From Chloroflexia bacterium (GTDB taxonomy: Bacteria > Chloroflexota > Chloroflexia > QHBQ01 > JADMIH01): a DNA stretch of 32,712 bases. Position numbers and translations under genes: made by a program. The DNA lies in the NCBI GenBank assembly GCA_038231875.1, contig JBBSIX010000002.1, positions 1 through 32,712 on the forward strand, given 5' to 3'. Each line of letters begins with the position of its first letter. The stretch's first letter is position 1. Under the pieces are notes generated by a model. That model made no database searches, was not told where the DNA came from, and was given only the letters and a program-made list of their open reading frames with translations. Below, piece after piece: positions 32,664 to 32,712 of this stretch.

Positions 32664-32712
32664 ATGATAACAAAAAGGCAGTACATCGAGTATCTAATCA
32701 GCACACCGGCCA
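32664..32712 (+). CDS. Possible 5' end of a gene running off the window (MITKRQYIEYLISTPA...), perhaps a transposase
   Basis: The frame is open from ATG 32664 to the window end. The AT-richer context lies next to IS debris. Only 16 codons are visible, so the call is weak. Confidence 0.2.
   Translation, partial: MITKRQYIEYLISTPA

Noticed and set aside
1-32712. tRNA, rRNA, tmRNA, RNase P and riboswitch scan by eye
   Set aside because: No T-loop GGTTCGAATCC-type sequence occurs in any intergenic region. There are no rRNA-like conserved blocks and I recognised no leader motif. A covariance-model scan (tRNAscan-SE, Infernal/Rfam) would be needed to be definitive.

Overview
High-GC bacterial chromosomal segment, about 60-63% GC by eye (not computed). 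The gene content and the Cys-containing SLH modules suggest a Chloroflexota-like organism, but that is inference only.

Gene content:
- Housekeeping and metabolic genes: a phosphofructokinase 3' fragment, hbd, an acyl-CoA dehydrogenase, aspA, dnaX-ybaB, fabI, an SDR oxidoreductase and a glycogen-debranching-type glucosidase.
- Two two-component systems: a soluble GAF histidine kinase with a NarL-type regulator and an extra stand-alone receiver, and an OmpR-type regulator with a membrane HAMP kinase.
- An XRE-HTH/TPR regulator followed by secreted and membrane proteins, a Uma2 nuclease, and a YqiJ/NfeD-flotillin operon.
- A cell-surface module on the minus strand: an 808-aa C-terminally anchored HExxH metalloprotease next to a ~1,700-aa giant protein. 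The giant protein has Ig-like repeats, two NIDO-like domains, a ~450-aa Thr/Ser tract and three Cys-loop SLH modules.

I found no rRNA, tRNA or CRISPR array.

The least ordinary signals are non-coding:
- A dispersed 22-26 nt motif, GGCCTGAAT(T)GCG(A/T)AGCA(A)GAACC, has five copies. It builds an 88-bp inverted repeat around a promoter and a 120-bp element with perfect 36-bp inverted repeats.
- A 181-nt near-perfect hairpin lies in the predicted leader of the OmpR/HK operon.
- The right edge (about 31.9-32.7 kb) is AT-richer and looks like mobile-element debris.

I do not see a convincing new multi-gene system. The best candidates (the surface module, the XRE-TPR neighbourhood and the repeat family) are flagged with explicit caveats. 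All domain calls come from motif recognition by eye, not from searches.
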